Source: Fibrobacteria bacterium (GTDB taxonomy: Bacteria; Fibrobacterota; Chitinivibrionia; Chitinivibrionales; FEN-1185). From it: a stretch of DNA of 64,000 nucleotides. Every line of letters begins with the position of its first letter. Position 1 is the first letter of the stretch. The DNA lies in contig JBBIGR010000002.1 in assembly GCA_037447435.1 (NCBI GenBank), positions 1 through 64,000 of the forward strand, read 5' to 3'. The position numbers and the translations under genes are program-made. The notes below the pieces were generated by a model, which saw only the letters and a list, made by a program, of their open reading frames with translations, searched no databases and was not told the DNA's origin. Shown here one piece after another: positions 10,515 to 19,725 of the stretch.

Positions 10515-10756
10515 CTAAGCCTCCTGTTTGTATGTGAATAACGGATGCGAATGCAAATTTCGAGTTAGTCTTTGGAAAATACATCCTCTCTTAGCAGTTT
10601 TCAAGAAAAAGCCTGAAAAAAGAGCTTTGCGATAGTACCCTGCTTACATATGCGACTTCTTGGGCAAAAGACCCTGATCAAAGCAGCGTGAAAGCGAAAG
10701 CGGCGTGTCTTTTTGCGCAGTGTGATATCATACCATTGCGGAACTTTGCTGTCCAT

Positions 10757-10789
10757 AAAAAAAAGCCTGATCGGTAATCAGGCTTTTTT
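10757..10789. terminator. Intrinsic terminator downstream of pal
   Basis: A8-GCCTGAT-CGGTA-ATCAGGC-T6. Confidence 0.8.
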
Positions 10790-10844
10790 CAGTATCATGA
10801 CGAAATTTATGCAAGCGTCAAAAAACGGACGTGTTCCGCGTTGT

Positions 10845-11387
10845 TTACTTTGCGAGAATTTTCCATTCCACTCTTCTGTTTTTTTCATGGCAGGATTCAT
10901 CGGACCCGCAGTTGGGGAATGCGGGACGTTCTTTGCCATACGATGTAATTTCGAGGCGGGAATCGGAAACGCCGTAGGTTGTCAGGTAATTCTTGACCGT
11001 ACGCGCACGGCTTTCTCCCAAACCCATGTTGTACTCGTTGGAACCGCGTTCATCGGCGTTTCCCTCGATAAGCACGCGCAGCGTCGTTTTACCCTGTAAA
11101 AACGGCGCGATTTTTTCAAGCTTGCTCACGGATTCGGGAAGCAGATCGTACTTGTCGTACGAAAAATAAATGGGTACCAAAATTTCCCGAGTCTTGCTGT
11201 CGAGATCTTCGACCTTGAAGGAATCGGTTGGGGTCATGGATTGCGGCGCCTGCACTTCGGCGGCTTTGGGCTCGGGTGCGGGCTTTGAAAGCGGTTCGTC
11301 GATTTTTGTAACCTTTTTCGCGCATCCTGCAGCCATAAAACCGACCACGCATAACGCCGAACAAATAATAAAAAATTTCCGTAACAT
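10845..11387 (-). CDS. pal: Peptidoglycan-associated lipoprotein (OmpA C-terminal domain)
   Basis: Lipobox AAGC; IYFSYDK, IEGNADERGSNEYNMGLGESRA, SYGKERP, KNRRVE. Confidence 0.93.
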   Translation of the reverse strand: MLRKFFIICSALCVVGFMAAGCAKKVTKIDEPLSKPAPEPKAAEVQAPQSMTPTDSFKVEDLDSKTREILVPIYFSYDKYDLLPESVSKLEKIAPFLQGKTTLRVLIEGNADERGSNEYNMGLGESRARTVKNYLTTYGVSDSRLEITSYGKERPAFPNCGSDESCHEKNRRVEWKILAK

Positions 11388-11609
11388 CCATTACCTCCTG
11401 ATTAAATCCCGGGTTTTTACAATATTGGTATGAAAGTAAAATATCAAAAAAAACATCCAACTGCAAATAATGATTTAAAAAAGTTTATAATATCGGAAAC
11501 CTTCACAAATAAAATCCTGAATTATATTATTGTATGTGGACTTGTCGCTGGTGTTGCCAGGGGCTTGCCGAGAAAAAAGCAACAATACAACAATCAACAG
11601 GGATCTTTC

Positions 11610-11789
11610 ATGTTTTCATCAAAAAAACGTCATTCATGGTATTTGATCGCAATAGCGGCTTTGATATTTGCGGGAATTGTTTTTACCGTCGCCCGTTTTT
11701 TCCTTCATGCTATTGATAAAGAAGCACGCTGTCAGAAAAAAAACCATACGAAAGCTTCGAACGGCAGCTGGGAAGATCTATTCGTGTAA
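11610..11789 (+). CDS. Small single-pass membrane protein, hypothetical
   Basis: 59 aa with one strong hydrophobic segment (WYLIAIAALIFAGIVFTVARFF); fills an intergenic gap. Confidence 0.55.
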   Translation: MFSSKKRHSWYLIAIAALIFAGIVFTVARFFLHAIDKEARCQKKNHTKASNGSWEDLFV

Positions 11790-11834
11790 CGCCTAAGATT
11801 TTCCCCCGGGCGTTCGGTCGTGCCATAGCGGCAA

Positions 11835-12812
11835 TCATATCCCCGTGAGCGGTTCGGTTTTTCTTTTTGAAAAATCGATACAGAAACTTTCATCGAGCGC
11901 TTCCTGTTCCTGGCAAAACAAATTGACCCCCACGTTTTCGAACAGTTCCTGTACAAATGCGTATTCTTCCCGGGTGATGCACCGCGACAATTCGGGATAA
12001 TCGCCGGCTTTGTGCATCGGCCTGAATTGCGCCATAAGACTTACGGTAATATCGGCGGGATCGAATGTTCTCGCAATAAAATCCGCCACCTCGTTCGAAC
12101 CCGACTTATCGAAAGGCAAGACCAAATGCCTGATGCACGTTCCTCGGTAGGCGATCCCGTTTTTATCGACCGCAAGCGGCCCGGCCTGACGGAACATTTC
12201 CCGCACAGCAAGCCTGTTGATTTCCACATACTGCGGTGCGCGGCAATACGTGCCGGGGCTTTCGTTTGTCCCGTATTTCATATCGGGCAGATAGATGTCC
12301 ACGATTCCTTTCAGCAGTGCCATTGCCTGTACCGTTTCGTAGCCGCTGCTGTTCCATACCAGGGGAAGGCATAATCCTTGTTTGGCAGCGAGCCTGAGGG
12401 CTTTTAAAATCCAGGGGATGTAATGGGAACCGGTGACAAAATTGATATTATGGACTTTTTGTTTTTGCAACGACAAAAGCGACGCCGCACATTCTTCGAT
12501 CGAATATGCCGTGCCCTCGCCTTCCTGGGAAATCTGGTAATTCTGACAAAAGCAACATTGCAGCGAACAATTGGAAAAAAACACCGTGCCCGAACCGTGC
12601 GTACCCGAAATCGGCGGTTCTTCGCCATGATGGGGAAAAACACTGGAAATGACAAGGGTGTCATCTGCGCCGCAATACCCTTTTTCACCCGCAAATCGCC
12701 GCGCGCCGCACTGCCGGGGGCAAAGCATGCACGACGAGGCGAGCGCATCCGCCGTTGCGATGCGCTCGCCCCATTCCCGTTCGGATATATAAGAATAAGA
12801 AGGAATTTGCAT
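11835..12812 (-). CDS. Radical SAM protein, PflX-like (PFL-activating enzyme-like)
   Basis: CMLCPRQC, HHGEEPPISG, CSLQCCFCQN, DIYLPDMKY, IRHLVLP. Confidence 0.88.
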   Translation of the reverse strand: MQIPSYSYISEREWGERIATADALASSCMLCPRQCGARRFAGEKGYCGADDTLVISSVFPHHGEEPPISGTHGSGTVFFSNCSLQCCFCQNYQISQEGEGTAYSIEECAASLLSLQKQKVHNINFVTGSHYIPWILKALRLAAKQGLCLPLVWNSSGYETVQAMALLKGIVDIYLPDMKYGTNESPGTYCRAPQYVEINRLAVREMFRQAGPLAVDKNGIAYRGTCIRHLVLPFDKSGSNEVADFIARTFDPADITVSLMAQFRPMHKAGDYPELSRCITREEYAFVQELFENVGVNLFCQEQEALDESFCIDFSKRKTEPLTGI

Positions 12813-14470
12813 TACTGACTTTTAAACGGATTGTCCAAAGGAATAAAGTCTTTTTCGGATTCGAGCTGATTTTGCGGCACGCTTTGCAGGTTAACAAACC
12901 CGTATTGCTGCGGATGTTCTGAAATAATAAGCAATGCAATGACGCGGGGAATGTATTCGTTGGTCTCCTCGGCCAAATATCCCATTCTGTAAATATACCA
13001 GAAATCGCGGTTACGCATCGGGTTGTCGATTTTGCGCAAAGCGCCCATGACGCGCCCTTCGCCCGCATTGTATGCGGCCATGGCGAGCATGACCGAGCTT
13101 TTACCCCCGAATATGCCGATAAGTTCCTTGAAATATTCCGCTGCGGCATAGGTTGCTTTTTCAGGATCGAGCCGGTCGTCGATTTGATCGTCGACGCGAA
13201 GGGAATACCGTTTCCCGGTCGAGGGCATGAATTGCCACATGCCGCGGGCACCGACGGGCGATAAAGCCCGCGGATTGAATCCGCTTTCCAACATGGAAAC
13301 ATACCCCAAATCTTCGGGAAGGTTCGATTCCCGAAACACTCTTTTTATCATGGGGAAATACTGGTCTTTACGGATCAAATACCTTCCGATGGTGCTTTTG
13401 AGGGTTCCGCTGTATATCGAAACGTGATACTTGACACGGGCGACCATTTCCTTGGGAATATGGTAATCGGTCTCCCCGAAACGCATGAGCACTTCGTCGA
13501 TTGTTTTTTCCATGGGATCGGAATAAAACTTGTTATAATCGTTCTGTCGAACGTCCTGCTTGACCGACGACAAAAGCGCTTTTGCCTTGTCGAGTTCCGC
13601 GATAAGAGAATCGAGCTTTCGCTTGTTTCCATCGGGATCTTTGTTCGCAACTTCTATTTGCTGTTCATAGACGTCCAACTTCGCTTTTAACGTGAGCCCT
13701 TTTGACAAAAGCGCTTTATATTGGGCGGCCCTGATGGCGAAAAAAGAGACCGCCACGACAGATACCGCTATGACGACGCCGAGAATCAACATCCATTGCT
13801 TATTGGATTTTTTATGCGCCGAATGAACGGTTCGAAGCATGGAAACTTGCGTTTCGTTGATATTGCCGCGGTCGATTATCCGTTCGAGCCGTTTGCCGTC
13901 TTTCATGAGATTATGCATGTCGCTTGCACCGAGCTTTTTATCGAGTATTTTCTTTTCCATTTCCATGGTTTTCGACGATGATTCGAACGGGTTGTTTTGC
14001 GGCATTTTCAGACGAACATTGGTGATGAGCTCCAGGCTTTCTTTGCCCGTTGATTCCGTCGGATTGGACGACGCGAAACGATGGACATCATCTTCGACCG
14101 TGCGTATGCTCGTCGATTCGGAGGAAACCATTTTCGGCGAAAGAGGCCCCGTAGACAATTCGCGATCGGAGAAAACCAGCTTCATCCGTGGACCGTTTTT
14201 GCCGAACCCGACTATATCGCCCTGGACCAGATCTCGTTCCACGATTTTTTCTTCGTTGACAAAAGTACCGTTCGTACTTTCGAGGTCTTGCAGGGAAAAA
14301 TGGTCGAGCGATTTATATATGATCGCATGATGGCCCGAAACGCTTTTTTCGGACGGGTTAAGCGCCAAGGTGTTTTGCGAGCTTCTGCCGATGCTTATGG
14401 CACCATCCGCCAGCAGATAACGACGGCCGACTTCAATTCCCTGTAACACTTCCAAATAATAATAGGTCAT
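12812..14470 (-). CDS. FHA domain + TM + coiled coil + SLT lytic transglycosylase (MltD-like)
   Basis: FHA: IGRS, SVSGHHA, DLESTNGTFVN; TM WMLILGVVIAVSVVAVSFF; SLT: LESGFNPRA, GMWQFMPSTG, AAYNAGEG. Confidence 0.9.
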   Translation of the reverse strand: MTYYYLEVLQGIEVGRRYLLADGAISIGRSSQNTLALNPSEKSVSGHHAIIYKSLDHFSLQDLESTNGTFVNEEKIVERDLVQGDIVGFGKNGPRMKLVFSDRELSTGPLSPKMVSSESTSIRTVEDDVHRFASSNPTESTGKESLELITNVRLKMPQNNPFESSSKTMEMEKKILDKKLGASDMHNLMKDGKRLERIIDRGNINETQVSMLRTVHSAHKKSNKQWMLILGVVIAVSVVAVSFFAIRAAQYKALLSKGLTLKAKLDVYEQQIEVANKDPDGNKRKLDSLIAELDKAKALLSSVKQDVRQNDYNKFYSDPMEKTIDEVLMRFGETDYHIPKEMVARVKYHVSIYSGTLKSTIGRYLIRKDQYFPMIKRVFRESNLPEDLGYVSMLESGFNPRALSPVGARGMWQFMPSTGKRYSLRVDDQIDDRLDPEKATYAAAEYFKELIGIFGGKSSVMLAMAAYNAGEGRVMGALRKIDNPMRNRDFWYIYRMGYLAEETNEYIPRVIALLIISEHPQQYGFVNLQSVPQNQLESEKDFIPLDNPFKSQ

Positions 14471-14507
14471 AAAATTCGCCAATACCGTTCCGTTAAAAAA
14501 TTAAACC

Positions 14508-16910
14508 CTAGGATGCAAAGCGTCCCACCAAATGCGACAGAACCGCATATCCCGACGTTTCGCCGAGCGAACGCATAACTTTGTCAAGGTCTTTCTCCAT
14601 TGCGGCAGCCGAACCGTAGCGGTCGGCCGGTTTTATCGCCATCGCTTTTGCTATAATATCGTTGAATTGTTTCGCGCCGGATATGCCGGACAGCGGTTCG
14701 TATGCACCCGTCGCTTTTGCGGAAATCAACGCCGTGACGTCGGTTTGCGGAAAAGCACGCACACCGGCGAGGAATTCGTACAGCGTTGCTCCCAAGGCGT
14801 AAATATCGACCTGGGATGATAGTTCCTGACCGCCGTTCATTTGCTCGGGAGCAAGGTAGGGCAAGGTTCCTACAACGGTACCGGTATCCATTGTATGCAA
14901 GCTGACGCTTTGCGGCCTGGCTATCCCGAAATCGGCAAGTTTTATTCTGCCGCTTTTCGACAACATGATATTCGCGGGTTTAAGGTCGCGATGTATGACA
15001 CCGTTATAATTTTTCCCGTAAATCGTGGTGCTTTTCATATGAGCGTAATCGAGCGCCCGGCACACGACGATTCCTATTGCAGCGGTCTCCTGAGGAGTGA
15101 GTACTTTACATTTAGTCAAAACATCTTCTAGGGAAGCGCCGGGCACGAATTCCATTTCAATATACGGAAGAGAAAACCATTCCCCCACGTTGTAAAACTG
15201 GACGATATGCTGATACGACAATTTCGACAGTATCCTGATTTCGGTTTCGAACCGTGCCAAAAGATTCGACGGCTGACCGGGTTTAATCACCTTGACGGCC
15301 CGGTACATTTCGATGCGGGGATTCCAGACCAAATACACATCGGCCATGCCGCCGCTTCCGAGAAGCCGGACGATTCGTCCGCCGCACAATTCGCCGAATT
15401 GCGCTGTCTGCTCCACCGTAAGCGGCGTGGGCGCAGGCGAATCGGCAGCCTTCTCGGCATTCCGAATTCCGGGCTTGCCGTACATATGCTCTTCGATTTG
15501 CGTCCCGGAAAAAGTTTCGTGTGAAAGACTTGCATTTTTTCTCGACGCGATTGTCAATTTGTGCGCAATATGCGAGGCGGTATCCGCTTCGGGCAAACCC
15601 CTCAGAAAATCTTCTTCTTTCGGCGCAGGCAAATAATCGTGGTCCGCCTGTTGCGGCACATCGAAATTGAAAGGTGCAATTTCAATAAAACCCATGGGCC
15701 CTTTTTGCGCCGCGATGTACAAAATGGAAAAAAACCATGCTGTCAAGGGACCGGCAATGTCCCAGATACACTGCAGGGTCGAAAATGCAAACACGCCGAT
15801 CGAAAACGCGCCAACCAGGAGGACGCCGCCCACTGAAAGAGACAAAACTTTTTTTTGAGGGCCAAACATGATGGCGCAACCGGGAAACAACGCCAAAGCC
15901 AGGAGAATGTTCAGTATTGTCAACAAAGCGGGTGTTTGCGAAATCCAGTTTTTTTGCAAAATATCGGACGCAGCGGTGGCCCACAGTTCCACGCCGGGAA
16001 ATTGCGGCGAAACCGGCGTTGCAAAAAAATCTGCGCCGGCGCCGGCGTCGGTCACGCCGAGAAATACCAGCTTGTCTTTAAGGGTTGCCGCATCGATAGA
16101 ACCTTTTAGTACATCGGCGGCCGCGATAGTTTTAACGGTGCCGGGGCGGCCTCTGAAATGAATTTGAGTACTGCCGGCATAGGACGAAATGGGTAAAGCA
16201 ATATGCTTTCCAAAAAAGACATGCCCTTTTCCGTCGAGTGCAAATTCCTCGGCTTTAAGACCCAAATAGGCGGAAACGGCGCAGAGCCCGAATGAGGGAT
16301 AAAAATCGTCGCCGACCCGGATGACATGCACGATTTCACGGATTTTCTGATCCACTTTACTTGTTGTAACGTTGATGACGCCGCTTTGCAGGGACGATTT
16401 GGTGAACATCGGATCCGACGGGTCGATACGGTTCGCCTTAAACAATGTCATGCCTTCGAGATCTTTGGCGCCGGTCACCATCAAAAACCTTTGGCGGAAA
16501 ACCTCGGCGGTAACCGAAGTCGAGGTCGCCTCGCTTATGGCGCCCGCCCGAAAAGGCAGAATGAGTTTCGATACTCCTTGCAATGCCGCGGCCAGGCCGA
16601 TATTACCCGTTGAATCCTGGGGCTTTGGCGGAAACAATACGTCGACGGCGATAACCCGCGGCGAATAAGTGTTTATTTTTGAAACGAGATCGGCAATAGT
16701 GCTGCGCGGCCACGGCCAACTGCCGATAGTCGAAATGCTCTGCGGATCGATACCGACGATGACGACGGAATCGCAGGCCGGCTGTGCCTTTAAAAAGGCA
16801 AAATTAACATCGGAGAAAAAATTCTCGACAAACCAGAGAGGCTTAAAGAACAAAATCAGCGCGAGCAATACGGTGCAGATGCAAAGAAACGCGGCCTTTT
16901 TCAGGTTCAT
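14508..16910 (-). CDS. CHASE2 sensor + 3TM + Hanks-type Ser/Thr protein kinase
   Basis: CHASE2: VVIVGID, GSWPWPRS, DKLVFLG, PGVELWA; kinase: GSGGMADV, AVK, HRDLKPAN, DFG, APE. Confidence 0.92.
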   Translation of the reverse strand: MNLKKAAFLCICTVLLALILFFKPLWFVENFFSDVNFAFLKAQPACDSVVIVGIDPQSISTIGSWPWPRSTIADLVSKINTYSPRVIAVDVLFPPKPQDSTGNIGLAAALQGVSKLILPFRAGAISEATSTSVTAEVFRQRFLMVTGAKDLEGMTLFKANRIDPSDPMFTKSSLQSGVINVTTSKVDQKIREIVHVIRVGDDFYPSFGLCAVSAYLGLKAEEFALDGKGHVFFGKHIALPISSYAGSTQIHFRGRPGTVKTIAAADVLKGSIDAATLKDKLVFLGVTDAGAGADFFATPVSPQFPGVELWATAASDILQKNWISQTPALLTILNILLALALFPGCAIMFGPQKKVLSLSVGGVLLVGAFSIGVFAFSTLQCIWDIAGPLTAWFFSILYIAAQKGPMGFIEIAPFNFDVPQQADHDYLPAPKEEDFLRGLPEADTASHIAHKLTIASRKNASLSHETFSGTQIEEHMYGKPGIRNAEKAADSPAPTPLTVEQTAQFGELCGGRIVRLLGSGGMADVYLVWNPRIEMYRAVKVIKPGQPSNLLARFETEIRILSKLSYQHIVQFYNVGEWFSLPYIEMEFVPGASLEDVLTKCKVLTPQETAAIGIVVCRALDYAHMKSTTIYGKNYNGVIHRDLKPANIMLSKSGRIKLADFGIARPQSVSLHTMDTGTVVGTLPYLAPEQMNGGQELSSQVDIYALGATLYEFLAGVRAFPQTDVTALISAKATGAYEPLSGISGAKQFNDIIAKAMAIKPADRYGSAAAMEKDLDKVMRSLGETSGYAVLSHLVGRFAS

Positions 16911-17890
16911 TCGCCACTCTCCTCAAACAGTTGCGCTATCCGCTTGTCGCGTTGATAATTCCATTGCTCCCACGAGTCGGCTTCGTTCTTTTTAAATTGT
17001 TCAATGGGCCTGGGTTTTCCCTTTTTGTCTATTGCTATTTTTTGCATTTCCTGAACAATGGAAACCCATTGTTCCAGGGAAACCTCCGAGGGGCCCGAGA
17101 CTTCGCCCGGCCCGCTCACTTCGCCGGGACCCGCGGCTGAAGACGGCTCGGCCATGGCCGGATTGTTTTTGACGGCAACCTCACCGGTATACACTTTAAC
17201 TTCCGAAGAACTATCCGGGGCGACCGTCGCTTGGTATACCGTTCCGTGAACGCCCGCTATCGCCGTGGGAAGTTCGAGCTCGAAACGACTGAGTTTATCC
17301 TTAAATTTTTTCATTTTAGCCCATACCGAGCCCACGGAAAACCCCATTTGCGTCTTGCCTGCGTTTTTTTCGACGTCGCGGAAAGCCTCGACAACCAACT
17401 TGGTGTTTTCTTTGATGCGTACGACCGTTTCCCGGTTAATGATGAGCTCTGCCCTGCCGTTTGCTCCTGTCCGGATAACATCGGCGGGATTAACGACCGT
17501 ATTGGGGTTACACGGTTGTTTTACCGTGCTTCCTTTCGGGATAAGCCATACTTCACCTTCGACATAAGTGACCACTCCTTGCGTTATTGCTATTTTCTTC
17601 TCAAAAAGCTCTTCTTTCTTGGCCGCCGGAGCCGTTTTGAATGCCGGATTATGCAATTGTAATTGCTGGTCTACAAAAATGACATTGATGTTTTTAAGCG
17701 TCGGGTTTTCTTTGGCGATGATTTTACCCATTTCCGCGGTATACCTTCCGTAAACATCTATACATATAAGACTTATGGACTCGCCTTTTTTCACCGTATA
17801 CCGGAAGTATTTCTGGGTGGAGTCGACCGGTTGCATGCTGAAAACAGTCGTGCATGAGGCAATGAGAATAAGGCAGACGAAAACTTTCAT
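16907..17890 (-). CDS. Secreted LysM + FecR domain protein
   Basis: Signal peptide; LysM YTVKKGESIS..ENP...NINVI; FecR DVIRTGANGRAEL, TAIAGVHGT, VKVYTGEV. Confidence 0.87.
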   Translation of the reverse strand: MKVFVCLILIASCTTVFSMQPVDSTQKYFRYTVKKGESISLICIDVYGRYTAEMGKIIAKENPTLKNINVIFVDQQLQLHNPAFKTAPAAKKEELFEKKIAITQGVVTYVEGEVWLIPKGSTVKQPCNPNTVVNPADVIRTGANGRAELIINRETVVRIKENTKLVVEAFRDVEKNAGKTQMGFSVGSVWAKMKKFKDKLSRFELELPTAIAGVHGTVYQATVAPDSSSEVKVYTGEVAVKNNPAMAEPSSAAGPGEVSGPGEVSGPSEVSLEQWVSIVQEMQKIAIDKKGKPRPIEQFKKNEADSWEQWNYQRDKRIAQLFEESGE

Positions 17891-17907
17891 TACAAGAAAC
17901 TCCTCTT

Positions 17908-19572
17908 TTAAAATGAGAATGCAAACCGTATTGCATTACCGGAAACCGTCGTATCGGAATCTATTTCAATCGAAATTTTTCCTTCATCATCCGCGGCGGC
18001 AACGACCTGACTGGGCCGGGAAACCGCTCCGTATGCGCATAATTCCGTCGCGATATATTCCTGTAAATGCCCGGCACACGCCGCTTTATCGTCGTTTTGC
18101 GCATACCGAAGGAGCCGTATGCCCGCAAGACGTACGACCCTGTTGACGAGCAGGTTGAATAAAAACGACAAATAACCGGCCGCAACCTGATTGCAGTCTA
18201 TGGCGGAAACGGCCTTGTCGAGCGATGCGTTATGCACAGAAGCCTCAAAAAGTGTTATTCCATTCCGGGCCGCATCGGAAACAACATCATTTGAAATTTC
18301 CACACCAAACACCTTGGACAATGCAAAAACGCTGTCGTGGGGCGGCAGTATGTCTTTAGCGGCAAACGGGTTCATTTCAGATAATACCATTTCGGCCCAT
18401 CGGACTGCAACATACCAGCATGCATTTGAACCGGCGAGGGTCTTGTCGAGCGGCGCCAGCGACGGTCCGCAAAGACAAACACAGCGGGACGCCTGGTTTT
18501 TCCTGAACGACTTATACGGCAACATCGCAACCGAATCGAAGAAATGCGTGATATCGTTTTTATCGGCAATGCCTTCAAACAAAGCTTCCTGCATGGAAAG
18601 CGGGGCAACGAGCAGACTTTTGTACTGTTCGACGATTTGCGATATCCGGCCGAGAGACTGCATATCGGCACTCGCAAACGTCAAAGGAAAATCCCAGACG
18701 ATAATATCGGGTGCAATCCCTTGTTCCATGCATGTGGACAGTATGGAGGGCAAACGGTCTTCCCTGTCGGCGCCAGGGACTGAAAAAACCTGAACGCTCA
18801 TGTCTTTTGTCCGGCCCACGACCTTTGCAAGCGTCATTAAACCGCTCCAGGAGGCTTTGACGGAACTAAAAAATTGTTGAGCCATTACGGTTTGGACCAT
18901 TTGCGAGAGCTTGTCGGAAAGCGCATTTATTTTAGCCTGAATCGCGGCTGCATCGATTTTTGGACCATTGTCGGAGACAACGGATTTGAACAGGGCCTCG
19001 GTTGCCGTATGCGGCAATGCCGGGCCGGATTGGCCGCTTTGGCTTTGCCCGGAATTGACCATAGATAATATATTGTCGAGCGGCGACGAAGCTTGTTTTG
19101 ATGCAGGCTGGGATTTTTCGACCCGCTGCTGCGATCCAATGAGGCCCAGAACGCTTTCACATTCGGCCTGGTCCAGACCGGATTGCCTCACCAGGGCTGC
19201 AACATCGGAAGCGCTCGTTTTGGCGGCAAGGAGTTGCTGTAATGCGAATACGGTTTTCGAATACGGTGCAAGCGCCGGGGCCTTAAGCGCCACGGTATCG
19301 GCGGAAAAGTCTTTCATGGAGCTTGGCGCATAGTCGAAAAAAAACGGCTTGGCGTTGTTCTGCGGCACCGTACCTTGCAAAGTAACATTGCAGGCGGCCA
19401 TGAATTCGTTCCAATCGGCAATGCGAACGCTTTGCACGCTTTTCGACGCAAAACCCAGATCGGAACAGACGAGAATATTCCACTTGTCAAGAGGAACGAC
19501 TTGCTGCGGTCTGGGCGAACTGCCGCCCAAAGACACATTAAACGAATCGATGCGGGATTTTTCCTGGCTCAT
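17908..19572 (-). CDS. Divergent TssB-TssC (T6SS contractile sheath) fusion-like protein
   Basis: TssB-like ILVCSDLG and SMKDFSADTVA; TssC-like LSDKLSQMVQTVM..FSSVKASWSGL, YKSFRKNQASRCVCL, GSNACW, FNLLVNRV. Confidence 0.7.
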   Translation of the reverse strand: MSQEKSRIDSFNVSLGGSSPRPQQVVPLDKWNILVCSDLGFASKSVQSVRIADWNEFMAACNVTLQGTVPQNNAKPFFFDYAPSSMKDFSADTVALKAPALAPYSKTVFALQQLLAAKTSASDVAALVRQSGLDQAECESVLGLIGSQQRVEKSQPASKQASSPLDNILSMVNSGQSQSGQSGPALPHTATEALFKSVVSDNGPKIDAAAIQAKINALSDKLSQMVQTVMAQQFFSSVKASWSGLMTLAKVVGRTKDMSVQVFSVPGADREDRLPSILSTCMEQGIAPDIIVWDFPLTFASADMQSLGRISQIVEQYKSLLVAPLSMQEALFEGIADKNDITHFFDSVAMLPYKSFRKNQASRCVCLCGPSLAPLDKTLAGSNACWYVAVRWAEMVLSEMNPFAAKDILPPHDSVFALSKVFGVEISNDVVSDAARNGITLFEASVHNASLDKAVSAIDCNQVAAGYLSFLFNLLVNRVVRLAGIRLLRYAQNDDKAACAGHLQEYIATELCAYGAVSRPSQVVAAADDEGKISIEIDSDTTVSGNAIRFAFSF

Positions 19573-19725
19573 AGGGCTTTACATCCTATCATCGGCTGAA
19601 TTTAATATATATTGTTCATTAATATATGATATTTGCTATATTTATACACATTAAAAAATCAATACGCACTCGAATTTTCACCGATAAGGCTTTCCGATGA
19701 ACCGGTATAACTTTTCCCTTTTTCA

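Noticed and set aside
8727..10541. 604-aa plus-strand ORF
   Set aside because: Antisense shadow of ppdK caused by codon bias; no recognisable motifs.
10845..11387. pal as a member of the sheath/kinase operon
   Set aside because: Separated by about 450 nt containing an opposite-strand small ORF; looks like canonical stand-alone Pal.
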